Assembly (NCBI RefSeq): GCF_964204645.1
Contig: NC_134026.1
Span: 12,175,950 to 12,239,949 of the forward strand
Direction: 5' to 3'
From: Tubulanus polymorphus
Lineage: Eukaryota; Animalia; Nemertea
DNA: 64,000 nt
Made by a program: the position numbers and the translations under genes. Shown here piece after piece: positions 25,573 through 38,060 of the stretch (position 1 is the stretch's first letter; every line of letters begins with the position of its first letter). Below the pieces are notes generated by a model. That model searched no databases. It was not told where the DNA came from and saw only the letters and a list, made by a program, of their open reading frames with translations.

Positions 25573-26241
25573 ATGGAATCAGAACAACCACAAACTATCA
25601 ATATTACAAATAACACCGGCGTTATAAATATATACTACAAGAAGTGTTCTAAATGTGAATTAGATAAATTAGCTTTAACAGAATTTAGTAAGCGTAAGAT
25701 TAGCAAAGATGGTTTTCAATATTGCTGTAAAACTTGTACTAAACTATATACCAAACAGTATCGAGAAGATAATATAGAACATTATAATTATTATATGGCA
25801 GAATATATGAGAGAAAGATATAAAACAGATCTTAATTTTAGATTGAAACAATGCTTAAGATCTAGATTAACACAATTATTCAACAAAGAAACGCATTCAG
25901 AAACATTATCTAATTTGTTGGGTTGTTCAGATGAATTTCTCAAATCATGGATTATATTTCAATTCGATAGTCAAATGAATATAGATAATTATGAAGATTA
26001 TTTTCATATTGATCACGTGTTGCCGATTTCTAAATTTGACATGAGTGATGATTTTGATAAGAAGCTAATCTGGAACTGGAGAAATTTAAGGCCTTTAGAA
26101 AAGAAAGAAAATATAATTAAATCTAACAAACTAGATATGAAATTATATTTAGATCAACTGGATAAAGCAAAGACATTTGTTGAATTATGCAATAGTATTT
26201 CACAGAATCAACCGCATTCTGAGGTTTTAATCAGTGGTTAG
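25573..26241 (+). CDS. Zn-ribbon plus HNH endonuclease (giant-virus type)
   Basis: CSKC...CCKTC and FHIDHVLPISKFD...WNWRNLRPLEKKENIIKSNK; paralogue of 51024-51686. Confidence 0.85.
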   Translation: MESEQPQTINITNNTGVINIYYKKCSKCELDKLALTEFSKRKISKDGFQYCCKTCTKLYTKQYREDNIEHYNYYMAEYMRERYKTDLNFRLKQCLRSRLTQLFNKETHSETLSNLLGCSDEFLKSWIIFQFDSQMNIDNYEDYFHIDHVLPISKFDMSDDFDKKLIWNWRNLRPLEKKENIIKSNKLDMKLYLDQLDKAKTFVELCNSISQNQPHSEVLISG

Positions 26242-26608
26242 AAAGCTGGCAATTCTATTTGAGCTTTGTATGTATATAATACATAGCTCTTGTTTACTAC
26301 TAAAACATATGTTGCCAAATATATCTTGTTTTCAATTCTAAAGAATTAATCAATTACATCACAAAGGAACATCTGTTACAATCCAGGCAAACATGCAGAA
26401 ATAATTAGTTTTGTCGAACGTGCGCCACGTCGGCATTTAGAAATCAACTTTCACATACATAGTACGTATTGGATATTCTCTCTCAAAACACAGTTTACAG
26501 TTCTAAATCTAAATGTAAGTACCATTTTTTGTAGTTATTATGAAGTAGGGAAACCTTTAAACATATTTAAGTACAGTAATTCATTTTCACGACATCTTTT
26601 AGATTAAA

Positions 26609-27076
26609 ATGGAATACAGAGATCAACCAGAAATTCCAAGTCAACCATGGGAAGAGGAACCAGAATCGATAGATAGTGAAACTCAGGAATCAATAGAAAT
26701 GGAGGATAAAACTCTCGTAATTGACGAACAAACTTCACAAAAATTACAAGAACATTTAGACTATCATCAAGAAATGGTGAAAATTCTGAGTGATGTAATA
26801 CATAATAAACAATTACCGCGCGAACTACAATTACCAAAATTACCATCAACGCGACTTAAATTGCTGTTGGGACTCAAAGAATCGAAAACTAAGAAAATGA
26901 GTGGAGATATCAGTGCCGGTTTTGAAAGAAAACTGAGAAGAGTAGGTAGATTAATAAAATATGAAAAATTCAAAATATTAGGATTAGCATTTAGTGAAGT
27001 AGTCAGATATTTACCAGAAATTGAAGAAATGATTGGAAACAATACAGTAATTAAAGAATTCTGGACAAAATTATAA
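26609..27076 (+). CDS. Hypothetical 155-aa protein (acidic N-terminus, basic helical C-terminus) within the Polinton
   Basis: Intact ORF, preceded by a possible GTAAGT...TTTTAG 5'-UTR intron at about 26515-26601. Confidence 0.55.
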   Translation: MEYRDQPEIPSQPWEEEPESIDSETQESIEMEDKTLVIDEQTSQKLQEHLDYHQEMVKILSDVIHNKQLPRELQLPKLPSTRLKLLLGLKESKTKKMSGDISAGFERKLRRVGRLIKYEKFKILGLAFSEVVRYLPEIEEMIGNNTVIKEFWTKL

Positions 27077-27182
27077 ATTATAACACTGAAGGTCTTAGAT
27101 ATCAAAAAATGTAATCTCAATTGTATATATCTGTTTTAATATTGTATTGTTTACTGTTAACTAAGTATTGCGCAATAACCGG

Positions 27183-27532
27183 TGTTACGCTCATTCTGTA
27201 CTGTACTTGTTTTTCTATTCTAAATCGAACTGTATGAACCTGTTGAAATATTTGAATTCTCCCGCCATGAATTAGTACTGGAAATCACGTGATTTCCTGG
27301 GCTTGTCGAGAGCTTTGGGTTTTGTTCAGTTCGCTTTGCGTGCTCGTCGTGTGTACATTCCTCCAAATTTTCACGTTAGTATAACTATTTGTATTATGCT
27401 TTTGATATTAATTTTGGTAGTATCTTATCATGTAATAATCCTTTCTTGTAGAAACATGTATTTTCGGTAATAAATCGTTGTAACAGAGAGAATACAGTCA
27501 TACAGTCGTCGTCGTATTTTCTGGTCGTAACA
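27183..27532 (+). repeat. 5' LTR
   Basis: TGTTACGCTC...GGTCGTAACA, a direct repeat of 33742-34092 (about 5 substitutions and 1 indel by eye). Confidence 0.97.
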
Positions 27533-30500
27533 TCGTTTGTGAAAATGGAGGACTTAGAACAAATGAAGAAGTCTCGAGCCGGATATAAAGCTAATGTAAC
27601 AAAGATAAGTAATCGTCTTCGCAAATGTCTCAAAGAGAATAGGAAATTTGAAGAAATCTTGCCCGTTGTAGAAGAATTAAAAGCCGCCTTCTCGAGATTC
27701 TCCGATTCCCATGATTCCGTTCATGAACGCTTACTTTCGGATGATGATATCGAACAATCGTTTATATATTATGACGCAGAAGAAAGCAAATATAAAGACT
27801 TGTTAATCAAAGTCAAGGGTTTAGGCGCTACGAGCCCAAGTCCAAGTCCGTCTGTTCCTACTACAGCGGAATCGGAAATTGACCAAGTCGAAAGAAGCGA
27901 AACCGAAAATATGAAAATGATGATCGACAATTTAATCAAGATGAGCCTCCCACAACAGGAGGTACCTGTTTTTTCAGGCGATCCGTCTGAATATTGTTTT
28001 TTTCTGAAATCGTTCGAAAGCATTATCGAAAGGAAAACTACTAGCAGCAGTGATCGTTTATACTACTTAATGCAGTATACCAAGGGTGACGTCCGCGAGC
28101 TGGTCCGTAGCTGTTTGGTACAGCAGCCCGACGAGGGTTACACAGAAGCTAAGCGATTAATTAAGCAATACTACGGTAATAGTTATGCGATTGCGACCTT
28201 ACTCGTGGATAAAATAATAAACGGGCCGATCGTTAAATCGGATGATGCTCACGCCCTTCAAAACTTGGCGATTCAGCTCGTAAGCTGTAAGAATACATTG
28301 ACCGAAATCGGATATATCAGTAAAGTGGAAAACCACTCCCGTTTGATCTGCGAAAGAAATGGAGAACAAAGGCAGATTATATCACCACATTTGAGGGTCG
28401 TGAGATATCAATCGAAGATATTTCTAGTTTCGTACAAACGGAGGCTCGAGTAGCGAATCATCCTGTTTTCGGGAATATTTCTGATGGGGTTAAGAAACCT
28501 TCACCTCATAAGTTGTCAAGATTCCCAGGGGCTTCTCCCGCTTCCCGAAATTTCGCTACTAATTCTCGATATAATTCAAGTAATGCATGGGTCAACTCAG
28601 CCCGTAATCCGAGAATTTGTAATCCGCCAACGAATAATTCAGCCGGTAATACGGGTACTGGTGCGTTGGTACTTCCAGGGTGCCCTTTGTGTTCGATAAA
28701 TGATCATTCTCTGGTGAATTGTCCAATATTTGTTAATAATTCATACGGGCAACGGGTTGAGTTTCTAAAGCTCAAGCGATTATGCTTTTATGTTTCGGTC
28801 CTAACCATATAGCTCGACAATGCAAAAGCAGAGTATCGTGTAGTGTATGAAACGGAAAACATGACAATCTATTGCATAGATATAATTTTCCCGCCAATAT
28901 TAACAATGACACTGTCGCGCCTACTTGTATCAACCCTACTGGTGTTTCTTCGTCACCCGTAGCGGCAACCGGTAGTAACACTCACTCAAATAATGCGATA
29001 AATCAATTCAATTAAACAAAGTAGGCCTATCATCGGTCGTATTGGTTTACCAATTGTACCGGTTAAAGTTAAGGGTAACGATAACGTTATTTTAACCTAT
29101 GCTTTGTTAGATTCGGGTAGTAACTCTACATTTTGCAAACAATCATTGCTCATCGACTTGGGGTATTCGCCCGACAGTTTAACTCGGAAAAATCTATCCC
29201 TGACAACGTTGACGGAGAATAACTGTTTAACTCAATCGTATGTCACTAATTTGGAGTTATCCGACATTGAGGATAATTTTACGAATGAACTGACTAATGT
29301 GTTTTCACGAAATTCATTGCCTATGACAAAAGACGATATTCCACGACAAAGTGACATAGACAAATATTCATATTAAGGCGACGTGATATTGCCCTTTATT
29401 GACGCTGACGTCGGATTGGTTATAGGAAATGATAATCATCAGGAACCGTTAGAGATTATAGGTAGCCATGACGACGGCCCTTATGCTGTAAGGACAATGT
29501 TCGGGTGGGTAATCAATGGTCCCCTGGGGGATAACGGACGGAGACTTAACTCTAAAAACAAGGTTTTTACTATTAAGACTGATGTAAGTGATGACATTCT
29601 GACCAGACAATTCGAATCTTATTGCAACAAAGAATTCAACGACAGAAATTATGATGATGACGTTTGTATGTCGCAGGAAGATAGGCGTGCACTTCAGATA
29701 ATGGAATCATCGGTTGTTTTGACGAGTGATAGTCATTTTCAGTTGGACTTACCTTGGAAGACTCAGCCGCCTAACTTACCTAACAATAAAGTCGTCGCTA
29801 TTCATCGACTGAGGAACCTTCGTAAACGTTCGTTAGGCGAGGCAAACTTATTTGAAGAATACGCAGGGTTCATCGATAAGATGATCAAGGCCCAGTTTTG
29901 TGAGATGGTACCAGAACACGATCTAGACCGCAGAGATGGCATGGTATGGTACTTACCCCACCATAGTGTGTATCATCCAACCAAAAAGAAAATAAGGGTT
30001 GTATTCAATTGCTCATCGAAATACATGAGAGTCTCACTCAATGACCGACTTTACCAGGGCCCGGACTTGACAAATTCCTTGATTGGTGTTTTAATACGCT
30101 TTAGGCAACAGCGAGTTGCTTTCATAGCAGACGTAGAAGGGATGTTTCACCAAGTGAGGGTAACTCCTAGTATGCGTGATGCGTTGAGGTTTCTTTGGTG
30201 GACAGATCGCAACCTGAACGAAGCAGCTACCGAGTATCGAATGCGTGTTCACCTTTTCGGTACCACTTCGTCACCCACATGCAGCAATTTTGCTTTAAGA
30301 AAGACCGCGATCGACAATAGGTCTCTGTTCGCCTCAGATGTCGCCGATACTGTACTCCGTAATTTCTACGTAGATGATTGTTTAAGATCCGTTCTCAGCG
30401 TCGACGAGGGAAAGCGACTAGTTAGTCAACTAATTCAGATGCTCACCAGAGGTGGTTTTAGACTGACTCAATTCTCGTCCAATTCCAGGGAAGTTTTGGA

Positions 30501-31580
30501 TACAGTTCCAGAGAGCGAGAGAGCTAAGACTGTGAAGTACCTGAACCTCGACAGCGAACAGTTACCGATGGAGAGAGCTTTAGGAATTTTATTGGACATG
30601 GAGTCTGACCAATTTCATTTCAGGGTAAAAAATGACTTGACGTCTAAGCCAAGTACTCGACGCGGTATATTATCCGCCATCAGCACACTATATGATCCGA
30701 TCGGATTTACAGCGCCTGTTTCACTCTCAGTGAAATCTGCGCTTCAAGAATTGAGTAGACTCAAACTGAGTTGGGATGATCCTATTCCCTACTGGTGCGA
30801 AAGACTGTGGAGTGAATGGCTTAAGGAGTTGCCGAAGTTGGAAGATTTGACAATAAGTAGATGTTTTAAACCAGCAGATCTCGACTGTGTCCCGTATACC
30901 GCACGACTCCACCACTTCGCCGACGCATCAGAGATCGGGTACGGGGCAGTGAGTTATATTCGCTTCGATTTTAATGGAAATGCTCATTGTTCTTTTGTTC
31001 TAGGGAAGTCTAGAGTCACTCCAATCAAGACCTTGAGTATCCCAAGACTCGAATTAGCGGCCGCAGTACTGGCGACACTGTTAGACAAGATGATACTGAA
31101 AGAATTGGATCCCCCTACTGAAAGATCGTGGTTCTGGACTGACAGCACTGCAGTGTTGAAGTACATTCATAATGAGAGCAGGCGTTTTCAGGTCTACGTA
31201 GCTAACAGAGTCTCCAAAATACGCGAACATTCGAGCCCTGACCAGTGGCATTTCGTCGAAGGTGTTTCTAACCCCGCCGATGATGCGTCACGAGGTCTGA
31301 AGCCGTCCCAGCTTACGCCTTCATCGAGATGGTTATCGGGGCCGGAATTCCTGTGTATGGACGAGAGTTCCTCGCCGGCATTTCCAGATGACGTTAACAT
31401 GGCAATAGACCCGTCAGATCAGGAATTAAAGAAGTCAGTGCTTTCTCACACCATCATCAAGAATGAAGAAGATTACTTGTTGAAATTCGTAGAACGATTT
31501 TCGTCTTGGCATATGCTGAAAAAATGTGTATCATGGATTAGGAACAGTTTAACACTCATACACTGGATAAACTTTGATAC

Positions 31581-31634
31581 TCACAAGAGCAAGCTTTCAC
31601 CTACATTCTGTAGGCATCGTCAGGCTTAATGTGA
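31581..31634 (-). ncRNA. Minimal type I hammerhead ribozyme (Penelope type)
   Basis: CUGACGA, stem II GCCUACA/UGUAGGU, GAAA, palindromic AGCU stem III, stem I UCACA..AGC/GCU..UGUGA. Confidence 0.75.
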
Positions 31635-32171
31635 CGTCATCAGATGTTGTTGATGTGACGTCACAGCCGGATCTCGTCAGCTGGTCTGTGAAGGCCCCCG
31701 CGCGCCATCTGCTGCCTTAAGGATGTTATTCCATACAGGGGGTAGAGCAAATCTCCCAAAGTCTTTATTCAGCGTGGGGTGTCTCAGGTATATGTAAAAT
31801 GACTCCTGAACACCTCGTACGAACCACCGGGGTTCCACCGTCAAAATGTCTGTGTTGCCTATATCAACAGAGTGATCAGGATTGTCAGTATGGATGTGTT
31901 GGGATACCTCTGACGTCACAGAGCTAGGTCGACGGTGTTCACCAAACCGGGCTCTCAAGGAGCGCTCAGTTTCACCAACATAACTCGCATCGCAAGATTC
32001 ACATTTAACATGGTACACCGGTCTAACTAATAACTGGCGTAACGTGTTCACCGGTTTAAAATACACACTAATGTTGTAGTCTTTCATCACCCGTCTGATT
32101 TGTTCAGACATGCCCTTCACATATGGTACTACGACCGATCTCTTACGTCACATCAACAACATCTGATGACG

Positions 32172-32225
32172 TCACATTAAGCCTGACGATGCCTACAGAA
32201 TGTAGGTGAAAGCTTGCTCTTGTGA
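32172..32225 (+). ncRNA. Minimal type I hammerhead ribozyme, inverted copy
   Basis: TCACATTAAGC CTGACGA T GCCTACA GAA TGTAGGT GAAAGCTT GCTCTTGTGA. Confidence 0.75.
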
Positions 32226-33741
32226 GTATCAAAGTTTATCCAGTGTATGAGTGTTAAACTGTTCCTAATTTGGATATTCCTGGATAGTAAAGAATGTTTA
32301 ATGGTATCATGGATCTTGAGATTCAAATCTATATTCTTACAGAAAATTCGCAAAGAGACGCCTGATACATTTCCTGGTAGAATAACGGTTACTGAACTGA
32401 GACGAGCAGAGCGTGAAATATTGAGTTACGTGCAGCGACGTCACTACCCAGACGAATGTTCTGGTATCAGTGACAAAACTTCTCGACTACTGCCTCTAGA
32501 CCCAGTTCGTATAGAGGGACTTCTAAGAGTTGGGGGAAGATTGAGACGGTCGAGTTTACCCTTTGAGATAAAGCACCCCATCATTGTTCCAAAGTCCTCT
32601 CATATATCTCATCTCATCATTGAATACTATCATCGCATGTTTGCTCATAAAGGTGTAGAGTTTATTTTATCTCAGATAAGACGTAAATTCTGGATAATTA
32701 ACGCTAAATCGATTATTAAGCGTATCTAACGCACATGCATCCCCTGTAGAAAACGAAAAGCTAAAGTAATGGAACAAAAAATGTCTGATTTACCTGGGGA
32801 TAGAGTAACTCCCGATTTGCCCCCTTTTTCAAACGTGGGAATAGATTATTTCGGTCCATTTCTAGTAAAACGGGGCCGGGCTCGCGAAAAACGGTACGGC
32901 TGTTTGTTCACATGTATGGCCAGCCGTGCTGTCCATATTGAAATGTGTCATTCTATGGATACGGATTCCTTCATATGTGCATTAAGGCGTTTCATTAGCC
33001 GTCGAGAATAAGAAGTGATAATGGCACTAATTTCGTCGGCGGACGACGCGAGTTGCGCCATGCGATCGAAAGCTGGAACCAGGAAAAAATTCACGAATTC
33101 TGCCTGCCGACCGCATCGCATATGGGTGGAACTTGGGAAAGAATCATCCGTACGATTCGAGATACTGTCACGGCCATCGCAGGCGAGCAAATCCTGGACG
33201 ATGAACGTTTCTCTACGTTAATGTGCGAGGTCGAAGCAGTAATAAATAATCGTCCTTTGACCGCAAATTCCGACGATCCTTCAGATTTGAACGCGCTATC
33301 ACCGAACCACTTGCTTCTCGCGAGATACGGTCCTCGGCTACCGCCCGGTAAATTCACTGAACGCGACAATTATTTAAGGAGATGGTGGCGTCAGGTACAA
33401 TATCTTGCGGATGTATTTTGGCGAAGATGGCTGTCCGAATATGTAGCCGTTTTGCAAAAGCGCTCGAAATGGTTTCGTCTCCGTAAAAACGTCCAAATCG
33501 GTGAACTTGTGTTAATTGTCGATGATAAAATCCCTCGATGCTCGTGGCTACTGGGGCGTGTAGTTTCTACATATCCCGATCAGGACGGGGTTGTCCGATC
33601 TGTCAAGCTGAGAACGCAAAACTCAGAGCTGATGCGACCCATTCAGAAGTGCATTCAATTAGAATGCTCTGTAGATGATTAATCTAATTGTAAATTGCTT
33701 CTTGTGATTAAATGCTAAAGCCTATTTAATGGGGCCGGAGA

Positions 33742-34092
33742 TGTTACGCTCATTCTGTACTGTACTTGTTTTTCTATTCTAAATCGAACTGTATGAACCT
33801 GGTGAAATATTTGAATTCTCCCGCCATGAATCAGTACTGGAAATCACGTGATTTCCTGGGCTTTGTCGAGAGCTTTGGATTTTGTTTAGTTCGCTTTGCG
33901 TGCTCGTCGTGTGTACATTCCTCCAAATTTTCACGTTAGTATAACTATTTGTATTATGCTTTTGATATTAATTTTGGTAGTATCTTAACATGTAATAATC
34001 CTTTCTTGTAGAAACATGTATTTTCGGTAATAAATCGTTGTAACAGAGAGAATACAGTCATACAGTCGTCGTCGTATTTTCTGGTCGTAACA
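33742..34092 (+). repeat. 3' LTR
   Basis: Direct repeat of 27183-27532, followed by the TSD ACCGG. Confidence 0.97.
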
Positions 34093-34511
34093 ACCGGTCC
34101 GATTGGACCGCTTTTCTATTGTTCTCCATTGTTCTATTATCGATCGTTGTTGACGGAAACAGCTGCTCAATATTGATTGGTTACATTTCTGTATTTCTAT
34201 GTTTGAATGTTGTAGTTTACAGAATAAAAATATAACTGTGTATTGCGCAATAACCGGTCCGATTGGACCGCTTTTCTATTGTTCTCCATTGTTCTATTAT
34301 CGATCGCTAAAATTTACATAATAAATATGTGTTTATGAAATAATATTTCCACCAGTCGTTTCGTTGAATTGATTTTCAGTTGAGGATTTATTATCGAGGA
34401 TCCGAAATGACTTATCAAAAGCAGCGAGGAATGAAAAAGGATGACGTTAGTCGAATAAATGGAGGAGGATTCTAAAATGTTAATCAATTTTAATAAAAAT
34501 TTGATTTATAA

Positions 34512-34727
34512 ATGGAAAGGAATAATGAATACAATAAAAAACTTATTTGGGGTTGGAAAGATTTAAGACCTCTTGAAAAGAAAGAAAATAAAATCAAATC
34601 TAATAAACTAGATTTACAGTTATATTTAGAACAGTTAACAAAGGCAAAGAAATTTATTGACCAATGGAACAATGATCCAAATAATGAACAATACGTTGAG
34701 GAATTTGATATCAAGGATCCGAAATGA
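34512..34727 (+). pseudogene. Duplicated C-terminal module of the HNH gene
   Basis: WGWKDLRPLEKKENKIKSNKLDLQLY matches the HNH tail; the 3' part matches 50694-50945. Confidence 0.75.
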
Positions 34728-35031
34728 TTTATCTGGACAGTTATAATTACTGCTCCTAATAGATAAACAAAAGTAGTGAGATATCAAATAGAATTCAAAT
34801 AAAATACATTAAAAAAACAACTTCAACTAGCCATTATTTCTATTTTAATTTTTAATATTTTCTTTTACAATTCTTTTCAAAAGAGAATACTTTATATCGC
34901 AAATAAAAAATACTAAAAAAACAATAACTAATACTAAAATTCTTTACCTTTAACTAACTAGTATTAACCCAAAGAGATGCTGGTATCATTTTATAATACT
35001 TATATTTTTTTCGCGTTTTTCTCTAATATAA

Positions 35032-35639
35032 ATGTCAAAGAAATCGAGTAAGAATAGTCTTGATATTGAAAAGACATTAGATGATTTGGGTATAAGTGAT
35101 AATAAGGATACAGTTGTAACTAATTGTGCTCAAGTTAATTGTAATATTGATTATGAATACTATTTATATTGTAAACACCATCTTGAATTACTAATTGCTG
35201 GTGGGAAATCTAAAGAGTTTTTAACTAAGACTATTACTTTTCAAGAATAAGATGCTATGAAACCAGATTAAGTAATAAAATATTTTAAGATTTATGAAGA
35301 AGCTAGATTAGCTAGAATAAATGATTTAAATCTATTTCAGATGGTATTGTCAAATGTTACTCTAAGTTATGTAACCAGTTAATACCAATTGATGATGAAA
35401 ATAAATTATATAATGATTTGAAAAATGACTACTTAGTTATGACTGAATTACAAAAATGGGTTGGTTATGCTTCATTTCAATTAGGATCGGTTATGACATT
35501 AATTTCTACTGGTGTCATAACATTTTCGAATATCAAGCCTATGGAATATAAATCAGGTAAGAACGAAACAGATGTACTACAACCAAATGGTGAAACAGAA
35601 AATGAATCAGAACAAAAATTAACTAAAATAAATGAGTGA
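35032..35639 (+). pseudogene. Polinton hypothetical protein, homologue of 51912-52514
   Basis: Near-identical translation, with internal stops and a frameshift. Confidence 0.9.
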
Positions 35640-35979
35640 TGGCGTTAAGAAAATGCCTAGATCCGAGAAACAAATTAAATGGGCAAGAGAATTAGGTAAA
35701 AGATCTGCAGAATTATCTGATATTGATTCAAATAATAATCCATCTGATTCTTCTAATAGTGGAAGAAATAATTACTTATATATTACAATTGGGTTAATCA
35801 CAATTATTATATTATCTGGTGTAATATATAAATCAAAATTCAAATCTGATGATAAAGATGATTCCAATGATGATCGGAAACTTAGTTATCCGTGTACAGA
35901 CAATAAACCTATCATACCAGAAAATAAGTCAAATCATAAAACCATTGAAACTAAATCTAAATTATTATTAATGGATTAA
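35632..35979 (+). CDS. Polinton single-TM protein, homologue of 52507-52893
   Basis: Near-identical, with an in-frame deletion. Confidence 0.8.
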   Translation: MSDGVKKMPRSEKQIKWARELGKRSAELSDIDSNNNPSDSSNSGRNNYLYITIGLITIIILSGVIYKSKFKSDDKDDSNDDRKLSYPCTDNKPIIPENKSNHKTIETKSKLLLMD

Positions 35980-35985
35980 AATAAG

Positions 35986-37057
35986 ATGAAAAAAGAACAA
36001 TATTTAAGAGATTAATATTATAACCCAGAAAGTGAAGTATCATATTCTAACGTTTCAGAATTATGGAATAAAATTAAATCTGATAATGAAAATATAAAAT
36101 ATAGTGAATTGAAATCATGGTTACAAAATCAACCAACATATCAAATCCATAAGAAAATGGATAAAACTTATTTAACAAGAAAAGTTATGGTTTCATATAT
36201 CGATCAACAATAGCAAGCAGATTTAATTGACATGAAGAACTTAGAAGAATACAACAAAGGATATTTCTGGATATTAAATGTTATAGACATATTCAGTAGA
36301 TACGCATGGTCAATTCCAATCAAAAATAAAACTGGTATAGAAGTGACAAATGCTTTTAAATCAATATTTAAAGAAGTTATTCCAGATAAGATACAATTTG
36401 ATGAAGGTAAGGAATTCTATAACAAACATTTTACTATTATCTGATAACGATGTAGAATATTTTTCAACACACTCAGATAAAAAAGCATCTATTATAGAAA
36501 GGTTTAATAAAACATTGAAAACTAGAATGTGGAAATATTTTACTGCTAATGAAACATATATTTATATCGATGTAATAGATGATTTAGTGAAAGGTTATAA
36601 TAATTCTAAACATAGTTCTATACATATGAAACCTATGCAAGCTAGAAAAGAAGATAATTCGGAAATAGTTTGGAATAATTTATATGGAGCATTTGTTACA
36701 CATGATTTTGGTGAACCTAAATTTAAAATAGGACAACACGTTAGAATATCTAAATATAGAAAAACCTTTTATAAAGGTTATACCCCTAATTTTACAGAAG
36801 AAATATTTAAGATTAAAAAGATAATATTAACTAAACCTTTTGTTTATGAATTAGAAGATTTAAAAAATGAAGAAATATTAGGTTATTTCTATGAACAAGA
36901 ATTATCACTTGTACCAAACCCAGATGAAATAGAATAGAAAGTATTGAAAACAAAAACTCTTAAAGGAAAAAAGTATTCTTTGGTGAAACATAAAGGATAC
37001 GATGAAAAATTTAATGAATGGATTTTATCTAGTAAAATTAAAAGAATAAATGAATAA
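35986..37057 (+). pseudogene. Retroviral-like integrase plus chromodomain, disrupted
   Basis: Copy of 52900-53985 with stops and frameshifts. Confidence 0.93.
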
Positions 37058-37661
37058 AGATTTATTTATATTTGAACCGCATAATATGTTAGTTACTGGA
37101 GTAACCAATTGTGGTAAAACACATTTCATATTAGATTTGTTAGAAACTATTTATAAGAATCATTTTGATAATATAATATTATTTTGCCCTACTTATCAAA
37201 TGAATAAAACATATAAAAGAGACATAGTTAAGATAAAAAAGTTTATTATATTAAATCCTAAAACAGTAAAAGAAAATTTAGATAATTGTATAAAAATAGC
37301 AATTGATACTTATAAAGGATCAAATACATTATTCATTATAGATGATTGCGCAAATTTACATGATTCAAAAGTGAGAGAAAGTGAGTTATGTTATTTAGCT
37401 TTCTCTGGGAGACATTTCGGGATAACAACATGGGTTTTAAATCAAAAATATCATTCAATTGTTAAAGACTTTAGGGAGAATATAAGATTTCTAGTTTTAT
37501 TTTATAACAAAGATAAAAAATCTATGCAACAATCATTAGAAGAAAATCAAATTATACCTACTGAATTACATGATGAATATATGAATAAATTAAAGAATAA
37601 TAAAGGTTCAAAATTATTACTGAGACTACAATTTCCATATGAATATAAATTTATAAAATAA
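37050..37661 (+). CDS. A32/FtsK-like packaging ATPase
   Basis: Walker A GVTNCGKT, Walker B LFIIDD, SGRH, and LNQ..IVKDFREN. Confidence 0.92.
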   Translation: MNKDLFIFEPHNMLVTGVTNCGKTHFILDLLETIYKNHFDNIILFCPTYQMNKTYKRDIVKIKKFIILNPKTVKENLDNCIKIAIDTYKGSNTLFIIDDCANLHDSKVRESELCYLAFSGRHFGITTWVLNQKYHSIVKDFRENIRFLVLFYNKDKKSMQQSLEENQIIPTELHDEYMNKLKNNKGSKLLLRLQFPYEYKFIK

Positions 37662-37675
37662 CTATTTATATACCT

Positions 37676-38060
37676 ATGTATTAGATACCCTATTAGATAC
37701 CCTAATACCTGATGCCCTATTAGATACCCTAATACCTGATGCCCTATTAGATACCCTAATACCTGATACCCTATTAGATACCTTAAATACTTAAAACCCC
37801 CTTTTTTAAAATAAATATTATTTATACAATTTTCAACCAATTTATTTTTATTTTTTCAACTAATATATGAATAAGTTTGAAAATAATAAAGGTTATTTAT
37901 TATTACTGAGGTTTCAATTTCCATATGAATATCAGTTTATAAAATAAGATATTTTATGTATTAGATTGTATTAGATATGTATTAGATACCTTAAATACCT
38001 TAAATACTTAAAACCCCCTTTTTTAAAATAAATATTATTTTTACAATTTTCAACCTTTAT
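37676..38060. repeat. 27-bp minisatellite and local duplication 3' of the ATPase
   Basis: (CCCTATTAGATACCCTAATACCTGATG) x3; the block ACCTTAAATACTTAAAACCCCCTTTTTTAAAATAAATATTATTT is repeated at about 37780 and 37997. Confidence 0.85.

Larger units (their letters stand above)
31539..32303 (-). mobile_element. 5'-truncated Penelope-like element with inverted pseudo-LTRs
   Basis: GIY-YIG C-terminal ORF 31677-32120 (VYHVKCESCDASYVGET.R.L..R..EH, LNKDFG). 123-bp inverted repeat at 31539-31661/32145-32267. 11-bp TSD GTATCATGGAT at 31528-31538 and 32304-32314. Confidence 0.92.
27545..33682 (+). pseudogene. BEL/Pao gag-pol polyprotein, disrupted
   Basis: Gag FSGDPSEY, Zn knuckles, protease LLDSGS, RT YLPHH/ADVEGMF/FYVDD, RNase H HHFADAS and NPADDASRG, integrase GIDYFGP and LSPNHLL. 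Frameshifts, stops and a Penelope insertion. Confidence 0.95.
27183..34092 (+). mobile_element. Full-length BEL/Pao LTR retrotransposon
   Basis: TG...CA LTRs, 5-bp TSD ACCGG (27178-27182 and 34093-34097), PPT GGGGCCGGAGA at 33731-33741, and gag-PR-RT-RH-IN domain order. Confidence 0.97.
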
